A DNA stretch of 64,000 nucleotides from an uncultured Candidatus Saccharibacteria bacterium (GTDB taxonomy: Bacteria > Patescibacteriota > Minisyncoccia > Phycocordibacterales > DATDWN01): positions 5,705 to 69,704 of the forward strand of contig CAZKCA010000005.1 in NCBI GenBank assembly GCA_964551495.1, in the 5' to 3' direction. The notes beneath the pieces are model-generated. The model ran no database searches. It was given only the letters and a program-made list of their open reading frames with translations, and was not told the origin of the DNA. Numbering within the stretch: the first letter of the stretch is position 1; each line of letters opens with the position of its first letter. Positions 41,047 through 49,104 of the stretch are shown in pieces. The translations under genes were made by a program, and so were the position numbers.

Positions 41047-42219
41047 ATGTTTGACTTAAAAGTGATAAATAGTGTTCTAGCTCAGCTAGAAGAAGAAAGA
41101 GGAATACCTCAAGAAAAAATAATAGAAGCTATAGAAATGGCTTTAGCTACTGCCTACAAGAAAGAATATGGCAAAAAAGGCCAGATTGTTAGGGCTAAAT
41201 TTGATTTAAATACAGGAAAAACTGAAATGTTTCAGGTTAAAATTGTGGTTGACGAATCTACAGTTGTTATTGATCCAGAAGATGATGTAGAGATTCCAGA
41301 AGGAAAAACTGTTTTTAACCCAGAACATCACATAATGATAAATGATGCTAGAAGGATTAAAAAAGATGTTGAGCTAGGTGAAGAGATGGTATTCCCTCTT
41401 GAGCCATACGATGACTACGGAAGAATTGCTGCTCAAACAGCAAAACAAGTAATAATGCAGAAAATAAGAGAGGCAGAAAAAGTATCTGTATTGGGTGAAT
41501 ATGGAAAAAGAGAAGGTGAAATAGTTTCTGGAACAGTTCAGAGAATAGAAAGAGGAAACATTTTTGTTGATATGGGTAGAGCAACAGGATTACTTCCTTA
41601 TGAAGAACAAATACCAGGAGAAAGATTTGGCCAAGGAGAAAGAATAAGAGCTTATCTTTACAAAGTAGAAGAAAATGTAAAAGGAATTTTCCTTAGACTG
41701 TCTAGATCTCATCCTAAATTTTTGGAAAAACTATTTGAAACAGAATCTCCTGAAATAGCTAATGGAACAGTTGTTATAAAATCTATTGCAAGAGAAGCAG
41801 GTAGTAGAACAAAAATAGCCGTCTATTCTGAAGATTCTCATATTGATCCAGTAGGATCTATGGTTGGACAAAGAGGAGTAAGAGTAGCCACTGTTATGAG
41901 TGAAATAGGTGGAGAAAAAATAGATATCATAGAATGGTCAGCAGATCCAAAGAAATTTATTGAAGATGCTCTTTCACCAGCTAAAATACTATCTGTAGAC
42001 CTAAATATGGAAGAAAAACAAGCAAACATTGAAGTTTCTGAGGATCAACAATCTCTTGCTATTGGAAAAGGTGGTCAAAATGTAAGACTAGCAGCTAAAC
42101 TAACTGGATGGAAGATAGATATAAAATCTATCAAAACAAGTGACGGTTCTACCGAATCAGATGAGAATACAGAAATGTACAAAAAACTTGAAGAAGTTAA
42201 AGATGGTGAAGATGAGTAA
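41047..42219 (+). CDS. nusA: Transcription termination/antitermination factor NusA
   Basis: N-terminal domain, S1 and two KH regions (GQRGVRV..., AIGKGGQNVRLA). Confidence 0.85.
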   Translation: MFDLKVINSVLAQLEEERGIPQEKIIEAIEMALATAYKKEYGKKGQIVRAKFDLNTGKTEMFQVKIVVDESTVVIDPEDDVEIPEGKTVFNPEHHIMINDARRIKKDVELGEEMVFPLEPYDDYGRIAAQTAKQVIMQKIREAEKVSVLGEYGKREGEIVSGTVQRIERGNIFVDMGRATGLLPYEEQIPGERFGQGERIRAYLYKVEENVKGIFLRLSRSHPKFLEKLFETESPEIANGTVVIKSIAREAGSRTKIAVYSEDSHIDPVGSMVGQRGVRVATVMSEIGGEKIDIIEWSADPKKFIEDALSPAKILSVDLNMEEKQANIEVSEDQQSLAIGKGGQNVRLAAKLTGWKIDIKSIKTSDGSTESDENTEMYKKLEEVKDGEDE

Positions 42220-42284
42220 TATACTTATACTAAAATAATCTGTATACTATCTATTATCTTAGAATTAAATAGAAACTAAATAAT

Positions 42285-42800
42285 ATGAATCTAATAAAAG
42301 AAATTCCTGCTGGAACAAAAGAAGAAATAAACGTAATCATTGAAATACCTAAAGGTTGTAAAAATAAATATGAAATAGACAAAGAAACTGGGCTTATCGC
42401 TCTAGATAGAGTCACTCACACAACCCAAGACATGCCTTTTGATTATGGCTTTGTTCCTCAAACACTATGGGAAGATGGAGACCCTCTGGATGTAATTGTT
42501 CTTACCACATACCCCCTAGATAGTGGAATCTTGGCTAGAGTAAGGCCTGTTGGAATGATGGATATGGTTGATTCTGGTGAAGGAGATGTCAAAATCATAG
42601 CGGTGCCAATTTCAGACCCTAGATGGAAAGAGGTTTTGGACCTAAAAGATGTAAACAAACATACACTGAAAGAAATGGAGCACTATTTTACTACCTATAA
42701 AAAACTTCAAAATAAAGAGGTTATCATAAGAGGTTTTGGTGACAAATCTGAAGCCGAAAAAGCCTTTGAAAAAGCAGTTGAGATGTATAAAAATAACTAA
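42285..42800 (+). CDS. ppa: Inorganic pyrophosphatase
   Basis: EIPKG.KNKYE, DGDPLDV and DxGExDxK motifs. Confidence 0.9.
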   Translation: MNLIKEIPAGTKEEINVIIEIPKGCKNKYEIDKETGLIALDRVTHTTQDMPFDYGFVPQTLWEDGDPLDVIVLTTYPLDSGILARVRPVGMMDMVDSGEGDVKIIAVPISDPRWKEVLDLKDVNKHTLKEMEHYFTTYKKLQNKEVIIRGFGDKSEAEKAFEKAVEMYKNN

Positions 42801-42813
42801 AATAAAAACACAA

Positions 42814-42850
42814 AAAACCAAGGAAAATAGTTTCCTTGGTTTTTTGTTTA
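42814..42850 (+). terminator. Terminator after ppa
   Basis: aaccaaggaaa-atag-tttccttggtt + tttttgttt. Confidence 0.7.
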
Positions 42851-42888
42851 GGTGTATAATACGGGTATTACTAGATTAAACAAGAAAA

Positions 42889-43536
42889 ATGATGAAAAAA
42901 TATATATTTCCAATAATCATTGCTTTTTTCATGTTTTTGGCTTTCTCTGATACGACAGATGCTCTAAACGTCCGAACTGAAGCACAAATCAGAGTACAAG
43001 AAGAAGCAAGACTTAGAGACAGATCTGGAACATCGACAAATGGAACAACAACAGGAGCAGAAGTTAGACAAAGGACAGAAGCTCAGGTTCAAACAAGACA
43101 AGAAAATCGCCAAGAGGCAGTGGAACAAAACCAGGAAAGAAGACAGGCAATGATACAAGTTAGAATGGAGAATAGACTAAGACTTGTGATAGCAAGGTTT
43201 GAAGCTACAATAGATAGACTTGAAAATATAATAGCCCGAGTTGAAACAAGAATATCTAAAATAAAATCTGCTGGTGGTAACACAGTGGAAGCCGAAGCAA
43301 AAATCACTGAAGCAAAAAACCACTTAGTAAATGCTGAAAATGCTATAATAGCATTTAGAAATCAAGTTAATACTTCTATTCAAAATCAAACAGAGACCAA
43401 TCTTGGAACAGAAATAACAAAAATGCTAGAACTTTCTGCAGAAGTCAAAATGCACCTAAGAGAAAGTCATGGATCTATAGTGGATGCAGTTGTTTCACTA
43501 AAAGGTACTAGTACGACAACACAAAATACTAATTAA
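42889..43536 (+). CDS. Secreted coiled-coil protein, hypothetical
   Basis: Signal-peptide-like N-terminus then Q/E/R-rich heptad-like sequence. Confidence 0.45.
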   Translation: MMKKYIFPIIIAFFMFLAFSDTTDALNVRTEAQIRVQEEARLRDRSGTSTNGTTTGAEVRQRTEAQVQTRQENRQEAVEQNQERRQAMIQVRMENRLRLVIARFEATIDRLENIIARVETRISKIKSAGGNTVEAEAKITEAKNHLVNAENAIIAFRNQVNTSIQNQTETNLGTEITKMLELSAEVKMHLRESHGSIVDAVVSLKGTSTTTQNTN

Positions 43537-43555
43537 AATAATTAATTAAAAAATT

Positions 43556-43834
43556 ATGGAAGAAAATAAATCATCTATAGGATCTATAATAGGAACCATA
43601 ATCATTATAGCCTTGATTATTTTGGGAGGTTTGTATTTTTGGGGCAAAAGAATAGAAGAGTCTAAAAATATCCAAAGCCTAACAGAGGAACCTGTTACAG
43701 AAGAAGAGATTCAAGCAGAAAGAAATGCAATTTCTGAAACAAGTAGTTCTGATGAACTAAACTCAATAGAAACTGATCTAAATGCTACAGAGATAAATAA
43801 TTTGGATTCTGAGTTGAATATAGAGTTGGAATAA
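43556..43834 (+). CDS. Small single-TM protein, hypothetical
   Basis: IGTIIIIALIILGGLYFW TM helix and acidic tail. Confidence 0.4.
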   Translation: MEENKSSIGSIIGTIIIIALIILGGLYFWGKRIEESKNIQSLTEEPVTEEEIQAERNAISETSSSDELNSIETDLNATEINNLDSELNIELE

Positions 43835-43857
43835 TTAACTATCATATTTTTTCAAAA

Positions 43858-43982
43858 CGTCCTCGGTTTTTGTGAAATAAAGCGCTCGAAGCTGGCCTCT
43901 CGCCAAACTCGCTTCGCTCAGACAGTGTCTCCGGCTAGCGCTTCTCACTGTTATTTCAGTCAAAAACCTGCGAATGTTTTGA
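43858..43982 (+). repeat. GC-rich intergenic repeat family A, copy 2
   Basis: See copy 1. Internal palindrome agcgctcgaagc...gcttcgctc. Confidence 0.7.
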
Positions 43983-44070
43983 AAAATAGATAATTAAAAT
44001 GATTAGCAAAAACTTTCTTCGGAAAGTTTTTTGTTTGCAAAGGTTTTACCTTTATTGTAAAGTAGCAGTT

Positions 44071-45132
44071 ATGTCAAAACACTATAAAGATATAAAAATT
44101 ACAAATCTTCCAGATAGAGAAATAGAAATAATCGGTGCCATCACTGTAGAAAAAATGACTTCTGCTAGAGATGAAGCTTTGAAAAAAATAACCGAAAATA
44201 TAGAGTTAGACGGCTTTAGAAAAGGCAATGCTCCTGTTTCTTTGGTTGCCCAAAAAGTAGGTGAAATGAAAATAATGGAAGAAGCAGCAGAGATTGCTTT
44301 AAATGACGTATACCCTTCTATTCTAGAGGACCACAAGGTAGATGCCATAGGTAGACCAGAAATACATATAACTAAAATTGCCCCTGAAAATCCTCTAGAA
44401 TTTAAAATAAAAACAGCCCTAATGCCAGAAGTTAAACTTGGTAACTATAAAAAAATCGCAAAAGAGGTTAAAAAAGAAGATAAATTTGAAGTGGAAGAAA
44501 AAGAAGTGGATGAAGCTATACTAAATATTAGAAAAAATGTTGCTCATCAAATGATGCATGAAAAAGAAGGTCTGCACGAACATGATCATAGTCACGGAGA
44601 AATAAAAGATGAAGACCTTCCAGAAGTAGATGAAAATTTCCTAAAAATGATTGGCGATTTTAAAGATGTAGAAGATTTGAAAACAAAAATCAAAGAAGGG
44701 ATACTGAAAGAGAAAGAAATGAGAGCCAAGGATAAAAATAGGATAGATGTTTTGGAAAAAATAATGGAAGAGTCTACCATAGAAATACCTAAGGTAATAA
44801 TAGATGGAGAATTGGACAAAATGATGGCTCAGTTTACAGACGAAATAGAAAGAGTTGGTATAAAAATAGAAGACTATTTAAAACAAATAAATAAAACCGA
44901 AGAAAACCTAAGAGACGAATGGAAAGAGACAGCTACAAAGAGAGCAAAATCTCAAATAATCCTAAATACAATCGCTAGAGAAGAAAAAATTTCTCCAGAC
45001 GAAGAAGAAGTTAAAAAAGAAATGGAACACATCCTCTCTCATCACAAAGATGCAGACAGATTTCGTGTAAGAATGTATGTAGAAACATTTCTAACAAACG
45101 AGTTGGTATTTAAATTCTTGGAAGATAAATAA
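44071..45132 (+). CDS. tig: Trigger factor (short form)
   Basis: DGFRKGNAPVSLV ribosome-binding motif region; upstream of clpP. Confidence 0.7.
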   Translation: MSKHYKDIKITNLPDREIEIIGAITVEKMTSARDEALKKITENIELDGFRKGNAPVSLVAQKVGEMKIMEEAAEIALNDVYPSILEDHKVDAIGRPEIHITKIAPENPLEFKIKTALMPEVKLGNYKKIAKEVKKEDKFEVEEKEVDEAILNIRKNVAHQMMHEKEGLHEHDHSHGEIKDEDLPEVDENFLKMIGDFKDVEDLKTKIKEGILKEKEMRAKDKNRIDVLEKIMEESTIEIPKVIIDGELDKMMAQFTDEIERVGIKIEDYLKQINKTEENLRDEWKETATKRAKSQIILNTIAREEKISPDEEEVKKEMEHILSHHKDADRFRVRMYVETFLTNELVFKFLEDK

Positions 45133-46102
45133 TTCCCCTCTCCAATTTGTAACTATTACCATGCCTCAAAAGTCCCAAATAAGATTGGGTGGTGGAATCT
45201 TTTCTGTTATTTAACAACAGATTTCTAAACATTTTCTTCTTCGTAGCTGTCCTCAAAACCCTATGCTTAGGAAAATGAACCCAACCAAGAAAATCTACTC
45301 CAGAATAAAATGTTTTTATAAACACCTTATTTGGATGTAAAGAGAGTTTTAATTCTTCTTCCAAAAAATTTTGTATTTTTGGAATAAGTTCCAAAAGATA
45401 ATTTTTACTTTGACTCAAGACAACAAAATCATCTGCATATCTTACATAATATTTTACTTTCATTTTGTGTTTTATCCACTGATCAAACTTATTCATATAA
45501 ATATTTACTAAAAGTTGACTAGTTAGATTACCTAAAGGCAAGCCTTTGCCTTCCTCTGTAGAATAGAAACTTTTTATAACTTTCTCCAAAAGCCAACTTA
45601 TATCTTTATCTTCCATACTTTCATTTAAAATTTTTAAAAGAATTTCTTGGTCAATAGAAGCAAAAAACTTTCTAATATCACATTTCAAAATCCAACAAGT
45701 TTTAGTATTGTTTTTAGAAACTTTATTTGCAAAACTTTTAAACCTTTTTATAGCTCTATGAGTACCTTTTCCCAAACGGCAGGAATATGAATCGTAAATG
45801 AAAATTTTATCAAAATGCGGGTACAAAATTCTATAAATTGAATGGTGTAAAAGTCTGTCCCTAACTAAAGCCTTGTGGATATTTCTAGGCTTAGGATCAG
45901 AAATATTAAAAGCTTTATAGTATCCATGAGTATATTTTTTATCTTTTAAATCATTGTGTAATTCAAAGATATTATCCATTAAATTAAGTTGGAATTCTTG
46001 AACATCTTTCTTTCTACTTTTACCCCTCAAAAATTCTTTCCAAGCCAGAAGCAAGTTTTCTAAAGAAATGATATCGTTATATGTAGCATAAATTTTTTTC
46101 AT
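45110..46102 (-). CDS. Diversity-generating retroelement reverse transcriptase
   Basis: RT motifs include VRYADDFVV and LPLGNLTSQLLVNIY (SQ-type motif 4 typical of DGR RTs). ~330 aa with no maturase or endonuclease domains. AT-rich like the host. Confidence 0.85.
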   Translation of the reverse strand: MKKIYATYNDIISLENLLLAWKEFLRGKSRKKDVQEFQLNLMDNIFELHNDLKDKKYTHGYYKAFNISDPKPRNIHKALVRDRLLHHSIYRILYPHFDKIFIYDSYSCRLGKGTHRAIKRFKSFANKVSKNNTKTCWILKCDIRKFFASIDQEILLKILNESMEDKDISWLLEKVIKSFYSTEEGKGLPLGNLTSQLLVNIYMNKFDQWIKHKMKVKYYVRYADDFVVLSQSKNYLLELIPKIQNFLEEELKLSLHPNKVFIKTFYSGVDFLGWVHFPKHRVLRTATKKKMFRNLLLNNRKDSTTQSYLGLLRHGNSYKLERGIIYLPRI

Positions 46103-46135
46103 TTTTATAATTACAACATATATAATTAAACTATA

Positions 46136-46518
46136 ATGACCCCCCCCCCGAAGCAAGACAGCTAAAGTTACTACCTATTATTAATAACGCTCTAGCTATA
46201 TATAAATTATGGCACACCTATTCAAATGATTTGCCCAAAAATTTACGTTATACATTGGGAGGAAAAATAGAAAATACTTTTATCTCAATACTGGAAAGCC
46301 TTTTTATTGCAACATATCAAAAGAAAGAAGAAAAATTGCCAACTATAGTTTATACTATGAAAAAAACAGATCTTCTTAAATTTTTCTTGAGAATTACATG
46401 GGAGCTACATGGGATAGATAATAAAAAGTATCTAGTTATTTCAGAAAAAGTTAATGAACTTGGGAGAATGATTGGAGGTTGGAAAAAAGGATTAGAAACA
46501 AAAACTCCCCGACCTTAA
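46136..46518 (+). pseudogene. avd: DGR accessory variability determinant (Avd-like four-helix-bundle protein); its ATG is out of frame with the body across a C9 tract
   Basis: Body frame reads ...LKLLPIINNALAIYKLWHTYSNDLPKNLRYTLGGKIEN...LGRMIGGWKKGL, an Avd / 23S-rRNA-intervening-sequence-protein-like pattern. The only plausible ATG (46136) is +1 relative to this frame, separated by cccccccccc at 46141-46149. The in-frame stretch begins 46126. Confidence 0.7.
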
Positions 46519-46541
46519 GCCGAGGAGAAAACCAACAGTTT

Positions 46542-46648
46542 CGAGAGAACACATGGTTGCCATCGTTCCACCTGTTCGGGTCCTCGACGGAGTTCGCATT
46601 GACATTCCAGCCGTCGTCGTTCCAGTTCACGTTGACCGCGCGAAGCAC
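46542..46648 (-). repeat. DGR template repeat (TR)
   Basis: 107 bp matching 47021..47127 except at 16 positions, all A in the minus-strand sense of this copy. Not inside a real gene: ORF-track 46451..46648 is just its AAC-rich translation. Confidence 0.85.
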
Positions 46649-47010
46649 TACCCTGCGTTATCGTATACAAGATCATCTATATCACCGCCAGCCAAACCAT
46701 GACCAGCTGAATTTTATCCGGGACATCAAAGTCCGCTAATCTCATATACCAATTCTTGTTATTTTTTTGAAGAGACTTTCCTCACTCTCACACAAGGTAT
46801 ACCCAATGTGACTCTCGAGAAAAATATCCTAAGACCATGACGTGAAAGCCGTAGCCGTCACGTAACACATGATTTCGGAAATAAGTATAGCAAGAGAAAT
46901 TTAAATATAAAAAATTGACCCCCAATCCGCCGAAGCAGACTGAGGGTCAAAGGGCCCAAGAGGCAAAGGATCAGGCTTGCGCCGTAGCCGAAGGTTCCGA
47001 GGGCACGATT

Positions 47011-47682
47011 TCAAGAATTGCGAGAGAACACAAGGTAGCCACCGCTCCACCTGACCGGGTCCACGACGGAGTCCGCATAGACAAACCAGCCGTCGTCGAG
47101 CCAGCGCACGATGACCGCGCGAAGCACACCAGCACTGTCCTTGATGTAGAAAACATTGGCGTAGCCGTTGTTCAAGAGAACACCTTCTTCACCATTCTTC
47201 TGCTTCTCCATAAGGGAGAGCACCTCCGACAGGGTGGTTTCAGCTTTCGCTTCGCCACCGAGTTCAGTGATGATCGGACCGTCCACCGATGCCTTGCGCA
47301 GTTTTGCATAGCGCAGGGTCTGTTCGCTGATCAGGTCTTCGGTTTTGCCGTCGCCGTTCAGGAACCATGAGGTGAAGTTGTCGCCAAGGTAGCTGATCTT
47401 CACCGGAGCGTTACGCTTGGTGTTGACCACAAACTTCTCTTTGGCGACGAGCTTGCTGGTGGTCGCATTGACCACGATCGTCGAGACGAGCTCGAGAATC
47501 GAGGGTGTGGGTTTCGGTTCGGCCACCTGCGTGACTTGGCTACTCCAACAGGGTTCCTTGCGGAGAAACCTCTTCAGTTCCTCTTCCCATTGGTCGCCTT
47601 CCTGGCCACCAAGGTTCACAATGAGCTGATTGAGCGGTCCGGTTGTGAATTCGCGGAGCGCCTTGCTGAGCATGGTATCCAT
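47011..47682 (-). CDS. DGR target protein with C-terminal variable C-type-lectin-like region
   Basis: 223 aa ending ...LRAVIVRWLDDGWFVYADSVVDPVRWSGGYLVFSRNS. GC-rich codon usage unlike neighbouring genes; followed by a hairpin and T-run. Confidence 0.75.
   Translation of the reverse strand: MDTMLSKALREFTTGPLNQLIVNLGGQEGDQWEEELKRFLRKEPCWSSQVTQVAEPKPTPSILELVSTIVVNATTSKLVAKEKFVVNTKRNAPVKISYLGDNFTSWFLNGDGKTEDLISEQTLRYAKLRKASVDGPIITELGGEAKAETTLSEVLSLMEKQKNGEEGVLLNNGYANVFYIKDSAGVLRAVIVRWLDDGWFVYADSVVDPVRWSGGYLVFSRNS
47021..47127 (-). repeat. DGR variable repeat (VR) at the 3' end of the target gene
   Basis: Counterpart of the TR with T/G/C at the 16 TR adenine positions. Encodes the C-terminal ~36 aa of ORF 47011..47682. 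Confidence 0.85.
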
Positions 47683-47826
47683 GGTCAGTTTTCCTTTCTA
47701 AAAAAAGCAGGTTTGTATTAGGCCAAATGTTGAAAAAGGCCTTCCTGCACCTTCTCTATATATTATATCAAATCTTAGTGTTTTTGTCAAATATAATTTT
47801 GCTACAATATAATAATTGTATTAAAA

Positions 47827-48534
47827 TTACTTACCTAATAGAAAAAGAGTAGAAACTGCCATACTTGCTGTTTCGCCCCTTAGAACAAGAGGTCCTAGAG
47901 AATATATTTCTATATTTTTTGATTTAAAAAACCCAATTTCTTCTTCTGAGAATCCCCCTTCTGGACCCAGGAAAACTAATGTTGAACCCTCTCGATCTAA
48001 AACTTCTCTGTCTAATAAAAGTCCTTCTGGATGGAGAGCTAAAACATTTTGAAAATCTTTTGGTATAGGACCTTCCAAAAACTCTGTTAATTTTACAGGT
48101 TCGTTTATTACCACCAAATCTCCCCTGCCAGATTGTTCAGCGGATTCAATGATAATTTTTTTAGCTCTTTCTATATTTAAATTTTTCTTTTCGCTTCTTT
48201 CAGAAATAATTGGTTGAATAAAAGAAACTCCAAGTTCTGTAGCTTTTTGTATCACAAGTTCTGTGTTTTCTTTTTTTAGGAGTGAAACTGCTAAACCTAG
48301 AAACCTTGCTGGTTTTGGTTTTTTCTTTTTGGAAACAATTTCTAATGTTGCACCTAAGTTTCTAAGACTTGATATATATGCAAGGTATTCAAATCCTGAT
48401 CCATCAAAAAGAATAACTTCACTTCCTACATTGTAGCGAAAAACATTCTTCCATTGGTGAACCAAATCTTTGTCTGAGATGTTTATGTTATCTCCATCTA
48501 TTTGTTTTTCTATATAAAATCTATGCAACCTCAT
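47827..48534 (-). CDS. rsmE: 16S rRNA (uracil1498-N3)-methyltransferase RsmE
   Basis: MRLHRFYI start and C-terminal RsmE-like SPOUT region. Confidence 0.7.
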   Translation of the reverse strand: MRLHRFYIEKQIDGDNINISDKDLVHQWKNVFRYNVGSEVILFDGSGFEYLAYISSLRNLGATLEIVSKKKKPKPARFLGLAVSLLKKENTELVIQKATELGVSFIQPIISERSEKKNLNIERAKKIIIESAEQSGRGDLVVINEPVKLTEFLEGPIPKDFQNVLALHPEGLLLDREVLDREGSTLVFLGPEGGFSEEEIGFFKSKNIEIYSLGPLVLRGETASMAVSTLFLLGK

Positions 48535-48571
48535 CTTATGGAATAGCATACGTCAAGTCCCCTAAAAAGAA

Positions 48572-48597
48572 AAGCCCGAGCACAGTGGCTCGGGCTA
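48572..48597 (-). terminator. Rho-independent terminator
   Basis: gcccgagccactgtgctcgggc hairpin followed by TTTTCTTTTT on the minus strand. Confidence 0.6.
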
Positions 48598-48599
48598 GG

Positions 48600-48725
48600 C
48601 AAACTAGAGGTGAGCTGGTCTGGCCTGGACCTGAGAAGATCCACATCTCACCGCCTGGTCAAAACTGGGAAACCCAGCTATAGGTGAGTGGCAAAAGCAC
48701 TCACCTGTTTGATTGTATTGGGAAA
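48600..48725 (-). ncRNA. Candidate structured small RNA (possibly SRP RNA / 4.5S-like)
   Basis: On the minus strand: nested helices ggtgagtg/cactcacc, ctggg/cccag and ggtgag...ctcacc enclosing CUCAGGUCCAGGCCAGACCAGC, which resembles the conserved SRP domain IV GUCAGGUCC...AGCAGC. Followed by terminator 48572..48597. Confidence 0.3.
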
Positions 48726-48798
48726 GTTTTTTCCCACACCTCTTACAATGAGTCCTCCTTTCACTGGACTCATCTTCAGATTTCTTCTTTTTGGCCAT
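48604..48798 (-). CDS. Doubtful 64-aa Cys-containing ORF (MAKKKKSEDESSERRTHCKRCGKK...)
   Basis: ORF exists, but its 3' two-thirds is GC-rich, highly self-complementary sequence; may be the translation of a structured RNA. Confidence 0.2.
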   Translation of the reverse strand: MAKKKKSEDESSERRTHCKRCGKKLSQYNQTGECFCHSPIAGFPSFDQAVRCGSSQVQARPAHL

Positions 48799-48973
48799 GT
48801 AAAACACCTTTCTCATATTATTATACACCATTTATATAATTTTTGTCAACAAAATTGCCTAAAAGATATTTTCTGTTATACTCATAACAGTTAACAAGTA
48901 AACAATCACCCTAAAGTAAAGCGTAGTTTACTATGGGGTAAAATACATTTAATAAATTATTAATAGAATAATA

Positions 48974-49104
48974 AATAATATATGTTGATACCTACAGTTA
49001 CCCCAGTAGTAGAGCACAGCTCACTACGGGGCGAGAAGTGGTAATATTAACTTAGTGACCTTAACAATCCAAATAATTAAATAATATATGTTGATACCTA
49101 CAGT
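48974..49104 (+). repeat. Duplication of ~30 bp spanning the clpP start codon flanking an 81-bp hairpin-containing insert
   Basis: aataatatatgttgatacctacagt occurs at 48974..48998 and 49080..49104. The insert 48999..49079 carries hairpin ccccagtagtagagcacagctcactacgggg. Confidence 0.7.

Noticed and set aside
46451-46648. 65-aa ORF (MLRAVNVNWNDDGWNVNANS…) on the minus strand
   Set aside because: It is simply the in-frame translation of the DGR template repeat (Asn-rich because of AAC codons) continuing into the spacer. It has no independent start context; TRs are non-coding.
46915-47370. 151-aa plus-strand ORF
   Set aside because: Antisense to the GC-rich DGR target gene; GC-rich sequence yields long spurious antisense ORFs.
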